Source of the DNA: a virus
Reading direction: 5' to 3' (one strand)
DNA length: 64,000 nucleotides
IMG/VR virus record: IMGVR_UViG_3300045971_000431
Location: 1 to 64,000 of that record
This document shows, one piece after another, positions 19,343-29,012 of this stretch (position 1 is its first letter; every line of letters starts with the position of its first letter). Below the pieces are notes generated by a model that saw nothing but the letters and a program-made list of their open reading frames with translations, was not told the origin of the DNA and ran no database searches. The translations under genes and the position numbers were made by a program.

Positions 19343-19524
19343 TTGGTTCCTACATCTCCAACTTGGGGTGCCGCTCGGTACAAGCGTTCATAGTGGGCAT
19401 TCCGAAGACGGATCGCAATCTCAAGCTTCCACTTCGCTTCGACCAAGAACCGCTCAGCCTCTTCAGCTGAAGCGCCCGTTCGATGGGTGAACCACACGAC
19501 CTTTGCTTGCTGCTTCGCGTTCAT
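19339..19524 (-). CDS. Small UBA/EF-Ts-N-like helical protein
   Basis: TGASAEEAERFL..AKWKLEIAI pattern. Confidence 0.5.
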   Translation of the reverse strand: MNAKQQAKVVWFTHRTGASAEEAERFLVEAKWKLEIAIRLRNAHYERLYRAAPQVGDVGTK

Positions 19525-20093
19525 ACACGACCCTGCGCGATCAAGTGAAGCTGCAACCAGACCACGAGCGAGTAGCCGAGAGCGTGGGACTTCTTGAAAC
19601 TGTAGCCTTCATCGTCCTTCGCGAACAGACCCTGTCGGGTTCCTTGCTTCGCTTTCAGGTAGAGAGGGAGCAGCATCTTCTTGCCTGGGCGGATAAGGGC
19701 CATCACGTCAGCAAGATCTTCAAGCGACTTCGGCTTCACCTTCTGCAGGAGTTCACCGTGCTTCGACAGTTGGAACAGCTTTGGCCAGGTGGATGGTAGC
19801 TGGAGCAGGGTCCAGTCGGGCTCCACTTTCAAGAGCGCGTCGATCTCGGCACGTGTCGTGAAGTTCTTGTAGAATTCGAGGTGAAGGAAGTCGACCTTCA
19901 AGTAGCCGAGATCCTCAGCATCCTCGTAGGGAATGGCCGCCAGGCCCGTGAATGGATCCTTTGGGATGGCTTGCGGATAGACACCGCATGGGTGTGAGGA
20001 GACCCGACCGTCCTTCATGACAGCAGCTCTCACCCAACCAGGGAAATACTTCTCGGGGCGGAACGCGGGGTGCGTGTCAATGTCGACGTCCAT
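19521..20093 (-). CDS. DNA polymerase III alpha (DnaE)-like, catalytic C-terminal part
   Basis: MDVDIDT, HPCGV, YLKVDFL, ALIRPG, YSFKKSHA. Confidence 0.85.
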   Translation of the reverse strand: MDVDIDTHPAFRPEKYFPGWVRAAVMKDGRVSSHPCGVYPQAIPKDPFTGLAAIPYEDAEDLGYLKVDFLHLEFYKNFTTRAEIDALLKVEPDWTLLQLPSTWPKLFQLSKHGELLQKVKPKSLEDLADVMALIRPGKKMLLPLYLKAKQGTRQGLFAKDDEGYSFKKSHALGYSLVVWLQLHLIAQGRV

Positions 20094-20842
20094 CAGAGAC
20101 CTTCCTCGATCATAGCACGACCAAACTCTCTGAAGAGCGCTGTCTCTTCACCGATCCGTATCGATGCAGCGTGGACATTCAGTGCATCTGCTACCCAGGT
20201 CTGCTCTTCCGAGCCCAGCGACAGCAGGTACTGCTTGAAGCGCGACGAAGCCATCAAGCCCCAGAACGTCAGCTTGCGGCGGCGAATGAGGTCAGAGAGG
20301 GCTGACGGGCCGATGGCTTGGAAGACGTCCTTCAACTCCACATGGTGGTCGGTAGCCAGAGACTTCAGCTCATCGATGGTGCGTAGGAACTGGGTGATAG
20401 GCGGCACCGCTTTGTCGTACACCTTCAGGTAGATCGAGTAGATCTCGTCACGAGACCACAGCGCTGGGTCATCATTGCCATGACGACACATCAGCTGAAT
20501 GAACGCCTCGGGATCGGGCAGCTTCGTCTTCACGACATGGTTCGCGAACTTCAGGAACGTCGTGTAGTAGCGCGAGTTGCTGAACGTCTCGAGCGATTGT
20601 GGCGACCGCTTCTTGGCTCGCATCCACTCATTGAAGTAGGCGAACGCGGCTTGGCCCATCGGAGTGCGCAGTTCTTCGAAGCGCACCTTCTCCTGGCAAT
20701 GGTGTTTGAAGAAGACCTTCTCGTGTTGGAGGGTACGACCACAATGGTGACACGTCCAACCGGCCTTCTGTGGCTCTTCAGCCACAGGCATCTCACCGCT
20801 TCTTCGGCGACTTGCTTGGCTTCGTAGCGTTTCCCGGTTCAT
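20093..20842 (-). CDS. Conserved protein with C2H2-like zinc finger
   Basis: WTCHHCG...FFKHHC. Confidence 0.7.
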   Translation of the reverse strand: MNRETLRSQASRRRSGEMPVAEEPQKAGWTCHHCGRTLQHEKVFFKHHCQEKVRFEELRTPMGQAAFAYFNEWMRAKKRSPQSLETFSNSRYYTTFLKFANHVVKTKLPDPEAFIQLMCRHGNDDPALWSRDEIYSIYLKVYDKAVPPITQFLRTIDELKSLATDHHVELKDVFQAIGPSALSDLIRRRKLTFWGLMASSRFKQYLLSLGSEEQTWVADALNVHAASIRIGEETALFREFGRAMIEEGL

Positions 20843-21290
20843 CCTTGGCGACCTCTGCTTTCAGCTTCTTGAGTTGGTCATCATCCCACCCCAACTCTTC
20901 TGCCATAGCCATTATATCACCACTGTCGATGTTCAGGTCAGCGGCTTCTCTGGTTGACATGGCATAGTAGGATCGAATGACCTCGAGGCGGAGCTTCTCC
21001 GCCTTGGAGCCTGGGCCCTTCTGCCAATAGTAGCGAGCGGTGTTGCCTGTAGCCGCTGCGGCCAGCAGCGAGAGCAACAACCCCTTCTCGGCACCGAGCG
21101 CGAAGATGTAGGGATTGACGAAGGTGTTGATGCGAACGATTTGGGCAGGGTCGGATGTACCCGTCATCCAACGCATCAACACGAAGGGAGCTGCTTGCTT
21201 CTTCGCCTCAGGAGACAACTTCTCGTAGGCGCGAAGGTCGCGCTTGGAGAGGGTGCTCAAGAAGCCGAAGAGGTCCAGCTCATTCGCCAT
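20793..21290 (-). CDS. Clamp loader small subunit (gp62-like)
   Basis: PFVLMRWM...YYAMSTREA; adjacent to gp44-like gene. Confidence 0.65.
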   Translation of the reverse strand: MANELDLFGFLSTLSKRDLRAYEKLSPEAKKQAAPFVLMRWMTGTSDPAQIVRINTFVNPYIFALGAEKGLLLSLLAAAATGNTARYYWQKGPGSKAEKLRLEVIRSYYAMSTREAADLNIDSGDIMAMAEELGWDDDQLKKLKAEVAKDEPGNATKPSKSPKKR

Positions 21291-21567
21291 CAGCATCTCG
21301 CATGTCGATGAACTGTTCGCCTTGCTCGTCGGTGTTGAGGAAGAATTCGACGCGGGCTGGTGCCTCGGGAATCTCGAGGTCGGTGGTATCTGCAACCAGA
21401 ATGCCACGGCCGGTGATGTCGCGCGTGTTGAGCAGATTGATCATCGCCCGCTTCTGCAGCACCACGATGGTGTTGGCGATCTCGAGCTCTTCCTTGAGAG
21501 CAGTGAGTTGATCATCAGCAGTAGCAAGCAACGTTGCTGCGATTTGTTCGAGGGCTTCCTTGTTCAT
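21280..21567 (-). CDS. Hypothetical protein
   Basis: Operon-fitting ORF. Confidence 0.6.
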   Translation of the reverse strand: MNKEALEQIAATLLATADDQLTALKEELEIANTIVVLQKRAMINLLNTRDITGRGILVADTTDLEIPEAPARVEFFLNTDEQGEQFIDMRDADGE

Positions 21568-22487
21568 AGTGCATCCAGTTCACAGAAGAGAGCGGCAATG
21601 TTGATCTCGGTGTCGCCAACCCGAGTGTGCATGTCTTGGTACTGCGCGATCAGAATGACGGCCTGATCGGTCTTGCCCTTCAGCGTCTTCATCTTGGGCA
21701 AGCTGTTGTAGACGAAGCGGAAGACGTCTTGAATCTCCTCACGCGTGGCATTCTCGCACACGAGCTTGCGAGCAGCCTTGAGGTCACCGGCTTCCAGGAG
21801 CGGGAGCAGACCCAGCTTCCAGTCTGCGGCTGACTCTTCGGTGCCGTGGAGGATGAGGACGCCTGTCTTGGTGTTGGCTTCGAGCAGCTTCAGCACCTTG
21901 CGAAATGATGGCCATGCAGCAGCCACCACCGCATCGAGGTCATCGAGTTGGAATTCGATGCCGCGCTTCTCAAGAATCTCGGCCGCACGTAGCGTAGCTT
22001 CACCGATGTCCGGACCCTTGAAGTGGTAGACCGTGAAGCGATCCTGCAGCGGTGGCAGAACCTTGTTGAGGTAGTTGCAGGTGGCGATGAAGCGGCAAGA
22101 CGCCTGAACTTCTTCGATCAGCGAACGCAACAGCTGTTGGGCATCTTGGCTGAGACCGTCGATCTCCTCCAGCCGCACCACTTTGTAGTCGCCATACGGC
22201 ATGGTGGTGGCGAAGCTCTTCACCTTGTCGCGGATGGCTTCGATCTTCTCGTCAGAGCAATTGATCTTGAGGATGTCCATCTCATCCACGCCACATGAAC
22301 GTGGGAGAGCATAGGAAATGGAGCTCTTGCCAGTGCCTTGCGGTCCATGAATGAGCAGACTCTGGAAGTCACGCTCCTCGACCATCTTGCCGAACAGCTT
22401 GGCCGTGGCCTTATCGCTGAACAGCATTTCGGATACGAGCTGCGGGGAGTGGGCAAGAACCCACGGCTTTTTTGGTAGTGTCAACAT
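21564..22487 (-). CDS. Clamp loader ATPase subunit (gp44/RFC-like)
   Basis: GPQGTGKS, LEEIDGL, FIATCN, LQDR. Confidence 0.9.
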   Translation of the reverse strand: MLTLPKKPWVLAHSPQLVSEMLFSDKATAKLFGKMVEERDFQSLLIHGPQGTGKSSISYALPRSCGVDEMDILKINCSDEKIEAIRDKVKSFATTMPYGDYKVVRLEEIDGLSQDAQQLLRSLIEEVQASCRFIATCNYLNKVLPPLQDRFTVYHFKGPDIGEATLRAAEILEKRGIEFQLDDLDAVVAAAWPSFRKVLKLLEANTKTGVLILHGTEESAADWKLGLLPLLEAGDLKAARKLVCENATREEIQDVFRFVYNSLPKMKTLKGKTDQAVILIAQYQDMHTRVGDTEINIAALFCELDAL

Positions 22488-22553
22488 GTACTCCTATTTC
22501 AGATAGGAAATTGTATCACGGCGGGGTGAGAGATGTTGCGAGAACAGCGATTG

Positions 22554-24044
22554 TCAGTTCGACGGCGGCATGTCGTCTGAGCCAGTCTTTGTGGCTGGAT
22601 CTGGCTTCACCTTGCTCAGCGAGGAGAGGGTGATCTGTTCCCGAGCCGGCTCGTCATGGCGACGATACCAGCGGCCTGCTGGAGGCGGGATTCGTGGGCT
22701 TGGCACACCCACAGATTCAGCAAGGGCATCAACACCTTCTTGGATGCGGTCAAGCTTCTTCAACTGCTCGGCCCGCCACTCTTCAAGAGACATGCCAGCT
22801 GCTTGAGCAGCTTGTCGGTCGTGCTGTTCCTGTGCAGCATCGATCAGCGTTTGCGACGGGTCTTCTTGGTCGGCTTGATGAACAGGCTCCAGAACTTCAG
22901 GCTCAGGTTCAGGAACTTCCCGTACGTCAGGAAGAACAGATCGGACAGGTTCAGGATCAGGTACATGCTTGACCTCTACTTCTTGGATGCCGCCCGTTTC
23001 CGGGTTGTACTCGCCGCGCAGGCCGAGTTCTCTCAGTCTGCGTTTTACGCCAGCAAGATTCAGTACTGGTCTGTTGACTTCAGCGAACGCTTCCTTGACA
23101 TCAACCGGTCGGGCAGGCCGATCAGCAAGATCAACGTCAGGGCTAGGAGGGACGATGACAGGAAGAGGAGCTTCTTCACGTGGCGGTTCCTTCACGACAT
23201 CTGGAATGGTATCAAGATCTTCAATCTCTGGCGCACCATACTTGGCAACGAGACGATGTTCCCAGCCATGAGCGGGTTGGCGATCAGGGGGCGTTGGGAA
23301 GATCACCTGTTCACGTGGAAAAGTACTTGGCTCTTCCAAGTCTTTCTCGACTTCCTTCTTGCGACCTGGACGTTGGTCCCACAGGAAGTTGCCAGCGATG
23401 ATCAGGAACACAGCCAGTGGATCGAACACGACGATGATCAGCAGAATGACCCACTTCACGGCCTCTTCGATCGTGACGTTGAATGCCTTCGAGATGTACA
23501 GGATTGGACCAGCCTTTGCCTCAACCCCGATCTGCTTGATCTGCAGGGCCGGTAGATCCTTGTCGATGGCAGCGATCTTGTCTTGCAGGTCCTTCTGTTC
23601 CTGCTTGTACTGACCCATCAGCTTGATCTTCTGGTTCGCCGAGTATCGGTCTGGGATGGCAGCGATCGTGGCATCGATCTGCTTCTTCCGCTCTTCATAC
23701 TTCGCGATCTGACTCTTGAGAACGTCAACCTTCACCGTCCCCTCTTGGACGCCCATCACAGCCTTCTGGAACTCGCCTGACAGATAGCCTGCGGCGCCAG
23801 CTGAAGTGATCGTCATAGTGACCACTGCAGCAATCAACCCGTACCCTCGCATCGTGTACCCAAGCCGGGTCCAATGCTTGTAGAGCAGGGTGACGACCAC
23901 CAACTTTCCCACATCCAATGCCACCGCCAGCGCGATGATGATTGGGTTGGCACCAAACAGGGCCGAGAGACCGATCACCGAAACAACGGTGCCGATCGCC
24001 TCGATCGAGAATGCTGCGAGGAAAGTTAGTAGTGCGAGGATCAT
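22554..24044 (-). CDS. Membrane/coiled-coil protein with Pro/Glu-rich tail
   Basis: 3 TM, coiled coil, GP..Y, IVVFDPLAV TM, disordered tail. Confidence 0.75.
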   Translation of the reverse strand: MILALLTFLAAFSIEAIGTVVSVIGLSALFGANPIIIALAVALDVGKLVVVTLLYKHWTRLGYTMRGYGLIAAVVTMTITSAGAAGYLSGEFQKAVMGVQEGTVKVDVLKSQIAKYEERKKQIDATIAAIPDRYSANQKIKLMGQYKQEQKDLQDKIAAIDKDLPALQIKQIGVEAKAGPILYISKAFNVTIEEAVKWVILLIIVVFDPLAVFLIIAGNFLWDQRPGRKKEVEKDLEEPSTFPREQVIFPTPPDRQPAHGWEHRLVAKYGAPEIEDLDTIPDVVKEPPREEAPLPVIVPPSPDVDLADRPARPVDVKEAFAEVNRPVLNLAGVKRRLRELGLRGEYNPETGGIQEVEVKHVPDPEPVRSVLPDVREVPEPEPEVLEPVHQADQEDPSQTLIDAAQEQHDRQAAQAAGMSLEEWRAEQLKKLDRIQEGVDALAESVGVPSPRIPPPAGRWYRRHDEPAREQITLSSLSKVKPDPATKTGSDDMPPSN

Positions 24045-24376
24045 AGGGACTGGGGTTGGCAGGACGCGAAGTCGTTGGTGACGGCCATGATCTTGGAGTC
24101 ATCCGTCTTCCACAGCTTCTCGCCTTCGAACTTGATGCCTTCCATCCACATCAGTGCTTCGACGAGGATGTAGTCGCCTGGGTTCAGGCCAGCTTCAGCA
24201 GCCTTTGGACCAACCGAGACCACTTGACCCCAACGTGCCACCTTCTGGGCAGTCACAGTCGATGGGATGATGATGCCAGATGCACGTACGCGTTCAGCGA
24301 AGCGGCCCTTGGAGCCGCTCGTCTCTTCGACGAACTTGAACATGACGACGTTATTCAGCGGGCGGAGTGTGGACAT
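24041..24376 (-). CDS. GroES-like co-chaperonin
   Basis: LRPLNNVV...SGIIIP...GQVVSVGP...PGD. Confidence 0.85.
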   Translation of the reverse strand: MSTLRPLNNVVMFKFVEETSGSKGRFAERVRASGIIIPSTVTAQKVARWGQVVSVGPKAAEAGLNPGDYILVEALMWMEGIKFEGEKLWKTDDSKIMAVTNDFASCQPQSL

Positions 24377-24590
24377 TGGAAGCCTCTGGTTGTTTACTGA
24401 AGATCGACCGCAGCGCGGCTGTCAGCTTCAGTTCGTTGATGATTGTCTTTTCCTCGTCCGTCAGATAATTCCAGGCGTCAGAGGAAACGTATGCTTCAGT
24501 GATTGGAACAGGCTGGCCGCGCTGTTTGCGAATGCATGGGCAATCGCCAGGCGGACCCATGCAGGCGCACAAGCTCATCTCAGAGCTCAC
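24351..24590 (-). CDS. Small Cys-rich hypothetical protein
   Basis: CACMGP..CPC. Confidence 0.5.
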   Translation of the reverse strand: MSSEMSLCACMGPPGDCPCIRKQRGQPVPITEAYVSSDAWNYLTDEEKTIINELKLTAALRSIFSKQPEASNVHTPPAE

Positions 24591-24826
24591 TTCTTCTTGA
24601 TCTGCTTGCCAGTGGAAGCAGACGTCTTGGCAGCCTCAGTTGACACAGCGAAGATGTCCATGTTCAGGTCAGGGACAACATCGGTCTTGACGCCGTCCTT
24701 GAGATCGATTGCGACCTTGCGTTGCTCAACAGCCTTTGGGACTGGGGCTGAAGCAAGTTGGGCCTTGATTGCCAGAAGCTCGAAGTCGACGACTTCGCCT
24801 CGAGCGCTGCGGGTGGTACGAGCCAT
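24587..24826 (-). CDS. Conserved late protein
   Basis: RSARGEVVDF; TATAAATA at 24869-24876. Confidence 0.7.
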   Translation of the reverse strand: MARTTRSARGEVVDFELLAIKAQLASAPVPKAVEQRKVAIDLKDGVKTDVVPDLNMDIFAVSTEAAKTSASTGKQIKKK

Positions 24827-24897
24827 TGGTTAAGTCTCCGGGGTGTAGTGCCCTATACGGCACGCTCGTATTTATACTTGCCCGCTCATGAGCGGGG

Positions 24898-25371
24898 TCA
24901 CACAAACTGGTTGGTGACGTTCTCGACGTTGTCAGGGAAGTAGAAGACTTCGGCGTCGTCGAAGACCCGGCAAAAGCGGGTGTACTCGTAGCGATACATC
25001 TCCTCGACGGGCTGGCCGAGAATGCGCCCGCAGAGCAGGTCGTACCAGCGGTCGGCCAGAAGTTCGCCATCCAGGTCATCATCGTCATCGACTTCTTCGC
25101 GTTCCTGCATGAACAGCTGGGTCAGATCCCACGATGGGTGGTACTTCTCGATCAGGTTTTCGATCAGGTCGATCAGTTGGTCAGGAGTTGTGCCGCCGTT
25201 GCCGAGACCCTGCACTTCGCTGTTCTTCGACACGAATGCGCCAGCCAACGCCAGCAAGAACTTCACGTCATCAGAATTCTGGATGCCAGACCAGATGGTG
25301 GTCAGACGAGCATCGGCGTCGTTTTCCCAGGTGTTGAAGTGGATCTGGTAGCCAGCGAGAATGTCAGTCAT
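24898..25371 (-). CDS. Hypothetical protein
   Basis: GGAG RBS; acidic ORF. Confidence 0.65.
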   Translation of the reverse strand: MTDILAGYQIHFNTWENDADARLTTIWSGIQNSDDVKFLLALAGAFVSKNSEVQGLGNGGTTPDQLIDLIENLIEKYHPSWDLTQLFMQEREEVDDDDDLDGELLADRWYDLLCGRILGQPVEEMYRYEYTRFCRVFDDAEVFYFPDNVENVTNQFV

Positions 25372-25380
25372 GGGATCTCC

Positions 25381-25935
25381 TCAATCGTGGAAGAATTCTT
25401 CCATTGGAACGTCGTATTTGATGCAGTCCACTGCGTGTAGACCGAGAATGAACAACAGGTAGCAAGCACACGACGACCCGCGGCCAACTCCCCAAACAAC
25501 GCCCTTCTCGCGAAAGACGTCTAGCACGTAGATGATGGTCTTCATGAACAAGCCCATCCCACGACGCTGGATCTCAACGTACTCCATCTCCATGCGAGCG
25601 AGCGCATGGTTTTCTTCTGTCACGTTGTACTGCAGATCTCGCTCGCGATCGGCGTAGGCATCTGCGAAGCGTGTCCACAGATCCATTTTCAGGTACTCGT
25701 CAGGCATCTTCCAACGGAAGTCGAGGTTGATGGGTTCCTCGACTGCTGGCTTGATCTCGTCTTCAGCTGCCACGTTGGCGTTGAACTGCGACAACTCCCA
25801 GGTGTCGCCAGTCACACGCAGCTGAGCAGGATGGATGCCACTCAGAAGGCAGTGTGCAACCATCTCAGCGTCGATGATCGAGACCCCGTCGAAACGGAGG
25901 ATTCGACCATCGAGGGAGGTGCTAAGCCGCTTCAT
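25381..25935 (-). CDS. DnaE-like N-terminal part (GRGS motif)
   Basis: WGVGRGSSCACYLLFILGLHAVDCIKYDVPMEEFF. Confidence 0.85.
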   Translation of the reverse strand: MKRLSTSLDGRILRFDGVSIIDAEMVAHCLLSGIHPAQLRVTGDTWELSQFNANVAAEDEIKPAVEEPINLDFRWKMPDEYLKMDLWTRFADAYADRERDLQYNVTEENHALARMEMEYVEIQRRGMGLFMKTIIYVLDVFREKGVVWGVGRGSSCACYLLFILGLHAVDCIKYDVPMEEFFHD

Positions 25936-26215
25936 GCAACGTCTTGGCCGCCAGCCGCTCGCTGCGTTCAATGGCGGTCTCGCGTACCACACCTTCGGTG
26001 TACATGGCCGCCTTCATCAGCACGGTCATGGGCACGTCGGTGTACGGGTGCTCGCAGTAGAACTGCACATCGCCCCAGTTCCCGGTGCGCAGGAACGTGC
26101 GGAACGATTCGAGATGTGACTCGAGCGACGGGTCGAAGAAGGTGCGGTTGGCGCCCGAACGACGAAGCGTCGTGGACAAGTTCAGACAGTCGGGAATGTC
26201 AGTGAAGTCGGGCAT
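25922..26215 (-). CDS. Hypothetical protein
   Basis: Operon-fitting ORF. Confidence 0.6.
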   Translation of the reverse strand: MPDFTDIPDCLNLSTTLRRSGANRTFFDPSLESHLESFRTFLRTGNWGDVQFYCEHPYTDVPMTVLMKAAMYTEGVVRETAIERSERLAAKTLHEAA

Positions 26216-26233
26216 GGTGTCCTCTGTGGTTGA

Positions 26234-26503
26234 TCAGTCGCGAATGAGCATCTTGTAGATGTGGCGGAAGGCCAAGACCGAACCGAGTTGGTTCTCGTTC
26301 GGCTCGGCGACGATGACGCGGGTGATGGGTGAACCGTGGCCGCAGTCGTCGTCTTCGACGATTTGCCCCTCGAGCGAGAGGTACGCGTCGTACGGAATGC
26401 CGACAGATTGGTAGACCTTCTTGCGCAGCGCCTCGAGCATCTCACCAGCGTCAATGTCAACTTCGACTTGACGATGGGTGACTTCGGTTCCCTTGATTCT
26501 CAT
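26234..26503 (-). CDS. Hypothetical protein
   Basis: Start MRIKGT, ATGA-coupled to dCMP deaminase. Confidence 0.55.
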   Translation of the reverse strand: MRIKGTEVTHRQVEVDIDAGEMLEALRKKVYQSVGIPYDAYLSLEGQIVEDDDCGHGSPITRVIVAEPNENQLGSVLAFRHIYKMLIRD

Positions 26504-26976
26504 GACGTTGCCTTCAGTTGTTCGGTTGGAATTCCGAGTCGTTCGAGCATTTGGATTCCGTCGAGAAGACGGTACTGACGCCTGAACACGACGCGCTTGA
26601 TGCCGCACTGCTTCGCAAGTTTGGCACACTCGGGGCAAGGCGAATCCGTGGTGTAAAGCGTACCACCACTCGCTCGGCCATGGCCGTCTCGGGCGATCTT
26701 GGTGAGGGCGTTCGACTCGGCATGGAGAAGTTCAGGCTTCGTGAGGAGGTTCCCATCGGGACCCCAAATTTCACAGACGTCGTCATCCCAGCCGTGTGGC
26801 ATTCCGTTGTACCCGTCGGAGATGATCTGGGTTCCGACGACCACAAGGGCGCCGACCTGTAGTCGGTTCGCCTTAGATCGCTTGGCCCAGACTTCGGCCA
26901 TTTGCATGTAGGCTTCATCGAGTTCGATGCGGTTGGGATTGACTGTGATTGATGGCTGCATGAGCCATTGTATCAC
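26500..26976 (-). CDS. dCMP deaminase
   Basis: GYNG, HAESNA, PCPECAK. Confidence 0.95.
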   Translation of the reverse strand: MIQWLMQPSITVNPNRIELDEAYMQMAEVWAKRSKANRLQVGALVVVGTQIISDGYNGMPHGWDDDVCEIWGPDGNLLTKPELLHAESNALTKIARDGHGRASGGTLYTTDSPCPECAKLAKQCGIKRVVFRRQYRLLDGIQMLERLGIPTEQLKATS

Positions 26977-27623
26977 AGTTCCTCGAAGTAGAGACCGCGG
27001 CCGGTCAGGATGGCGATCTTTTGGTCAGGAGCGACCCACTTAATGGTGCCTTGGACGTTCAGGCGGATGCCCTCTTCCAAGCACTTACGAGCGACGTCCA
27101 GAACCTTCTTGGAGGTGGTGTTGACCTGGAAGGGACGGCCGTAGTGAGCGGTGAGCTTCACCTTCCAGAAGATGCCGTAGTCGTTCGAGCGTTGTTCGAT
27201 GCTGACGATGCGGGCCAGGAATGCGACCTTCTGACCTTCTTCGATGTGCGGCCAGACGGCGACTTGGGCGGCGGTTTCCAGCTGCTTGTCGTACTGCTTG
27301 ACGACGATGGCGATCTGAGCGGGAGAGAGAAGACCGCGGTTCTTGAGCTGGGTGGCCAGGCTCTCGATGAACTCGTTGTCGTATTGGTCGTGAGCGCTGC
27401 CGTCGATGTTGTCGTACGTGGTGCGCGACGGCTTCAAGATGGCAGCGATGGCAGCCTTGACGTGGTCCGTCAGGCTGGCCTCGAAGGCTTGGCGAGCGGC
27501 CAGACGTTCGGCTTCCCATTGTTGTTGACGCGCCTTGTAGGCGGCTTCCCGTGCTACGATCTTCGCGGCCTTACGGTCGATGTCACGTTGTGCACGTTCT
27601 TCGGGGGTAAGTTTCTTTGCCAT
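26973..27623 (-). CDS. Early protein with probable C-terminal OB fold (leaderless)
   Basis: Start MAKKLT 6 nt after TATAAT; LSPAQ helix then beta-rich domain. Confidence 0.65.
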   Translation of the reverse strand: MAKKLTPEERAQRDIDRKAAKIVAREAAYKARQQQWEAERLAARQAFEASLTDHVKAAIAAILKPSRTTYDNIDGSAHDQYDNEFIESLATQLKNRGLLSPAQIAIVVKQYDKQLETAAQVAVWPHIEEGQKVAFLARIVSIEQRSNDYGIFWKVKLTAHYGRPFQVNTTSKKVLDVARKCLEEGIRLNVQGTIKWVAPDQKIAILTGRGLYFEEL

Positions 27624-27629
27624 GATGCT

Positions 27630-27674
27630 ATTATACTCCAACCTGACTTCTTGTACACATCTAGAGTGTAACAG
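27630..27674 (-). promoter_or_regulatory. Early-type promoter element
   Basis: CTGTTAC...GTGTAC-N17-TATAAT. Confidence 0.8.
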
Positions 27675-27675
27675 T

Positions 27676-28074
27676 TCAATAGGCGTGTACCGCGTAGATG
27701 TGTGCAAGCACCGATCCTACCAGTATGTAGAGCAGAGGGATGTGGAAGACATGCCAATGGCCGAAAGCTTTCTGCCAAACAGTGCCAGGTTTGGCGCGCC
27801 GCAGCAGGAATCTACCAACCACCCCACTAGAAACAACGATGAGCATGCTGTAGTACGCGGCCCCTCCATTGATCGACTGTGGGTGAAGCTTTGCGTGAGC
27901 CAAAACGGTGAAGGTACACAAACAACCGACAATGATGTGCACTCTAAACCAATGCCACATCGGGCCCAATCGATGAACACGTCGAAAGTATTTGCGGATA
28001 GGGTACGTGAACAAAACAAGCATCATGATGCCTGCTACTAACCCGGAGTAGTAGGTGAATTCGTAAGGTCTCAT
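27676..28074 (-). CDS. 4-TM His-rich membrane protein, ferric-reductase/cytochrome-b-like
   Basis: WFRVHIIVG, LAHA, WHVFHIP, LAHI within hydrophobic helices. Confidence 0.7.
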   Translation of the reverse strand: MRPYEFTYYSGLVAGIMMLVLFTYPIRKYFRRVHRLGPMWHWFRVHIIVGCLCTFTVLAHAKLHPQSINGGAAYYSMLIVVSSGVVGRFLLRRAKPGTVWQKAFGHWHVFHIPLLYILVGSVLAHIYAVHAY

Positions 28075-29012
28075 TGATTAGGGAAAGCAGCAGTAGGCGG
28101 AGTGAAGCCTGTAGTGTAACGCGCGATGCCATGAGTCCAGCGGAATCCATCAATGTACCCATTGATTGATGGATACCCTACTGATGGGCTTGGTGTACCG
28201 CCGATGTACAACGGCGACGTACCTGCACTGCTGGCCGAAGCAGTCGTGAACGTTGACTTCGCAACGCCGTTCGCATAGAACGTGAATACGTTCCCGTTCC
28301 GAACCATCGCGAGGTGTTGCCATGCATTAAGCACGAGTACTGGCGGGTACAAGTAGAAGAACCCACCAGAGTTTCCAACGTATGCCTCGACGCTGCCATC
28401 ACCGCCCTCGAGAAATTCTTGGTACGATGTGGGAGTGATACGTTGGAAGCTTTCAGCATTCATGGTGAATGCATTCAGGTACTGCCACCACTCGATGGTG
28501 AAGTTGCTAGACCCCAGGTCAAAGTCGGTGCTGTTCGGAACCATCACGTGGGAACCGAGTGTGCCGAACTGCATCGATGTTCCGCCGAACTTCGATTGCG
28601 TTGAACTCAATTGCGCGCCACCGACCATTGAGATTGTGCGATGGTATCCAGAACTGTCGGTGGTAGTTGTTGCGCCATTAGCGCCATCACCCTGCAACAG
28701 AAGTCGAACGTTAGCGAAGTACGGATCTGTTGGTTGAGCAACGTAGTTGGGCTGATAGAGACCCAACCCAATGGTGGCCACTGAGGTTCCTACCACACCA
28801 TTGGGCGATGGCTTCAGACCGAGACCTGGTTGAACGAGTAGACCGCGTGCAACGTTCGGCTCAGCACTAAGCCCAAGCTGTGCAACAGTGGTGACTTTGG
28901 ATCTGGCAGTGTTGGGGCTTTCTGACAGCGCAACAGGAAACGCTACAAGCTTACCTGTTGCGATGTGGGCATTTCGTACCGCCGCCAAAATGCCAGTAAT
29001 GGCTGCATGCAT
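28071..29012 (-). CDS. LamG/concanavalin-A-like domain tail-associated protein
   Basis: DPYFANVRLLL, NFTIEWW, WQHLAMVRNG, GYIDGFR...ARY. Confidence 0.85.
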   Translation of the reverse strand: MHAAITGILAAVRNAHIATGKLVAFPVALSESPNTARSKVTTVAQLGLSAEPNVARGLLVQPGLGLKPSPNGVVGTSVATIGLGLYQPNYVAQPTDPYFANVRLLLQGDGANGATTTTDSSGYHRTISMVGGAQLSSTQSKFGGTSMQFGTLGSHVMVPNSTDFDLGSSNFTIEWWQYLNAFTMNAESFQRITPTSYQEFLEGGDGSVEAYVGNSGGFFYLYPPVLVLNAWQHLAMVRNGNVFTFYANGVAKSTFTTASASSAGTSPLYIGGTPSPSVGYPSINGYIDGFRWTHGIARYTTGFTPPTAAFPNQ

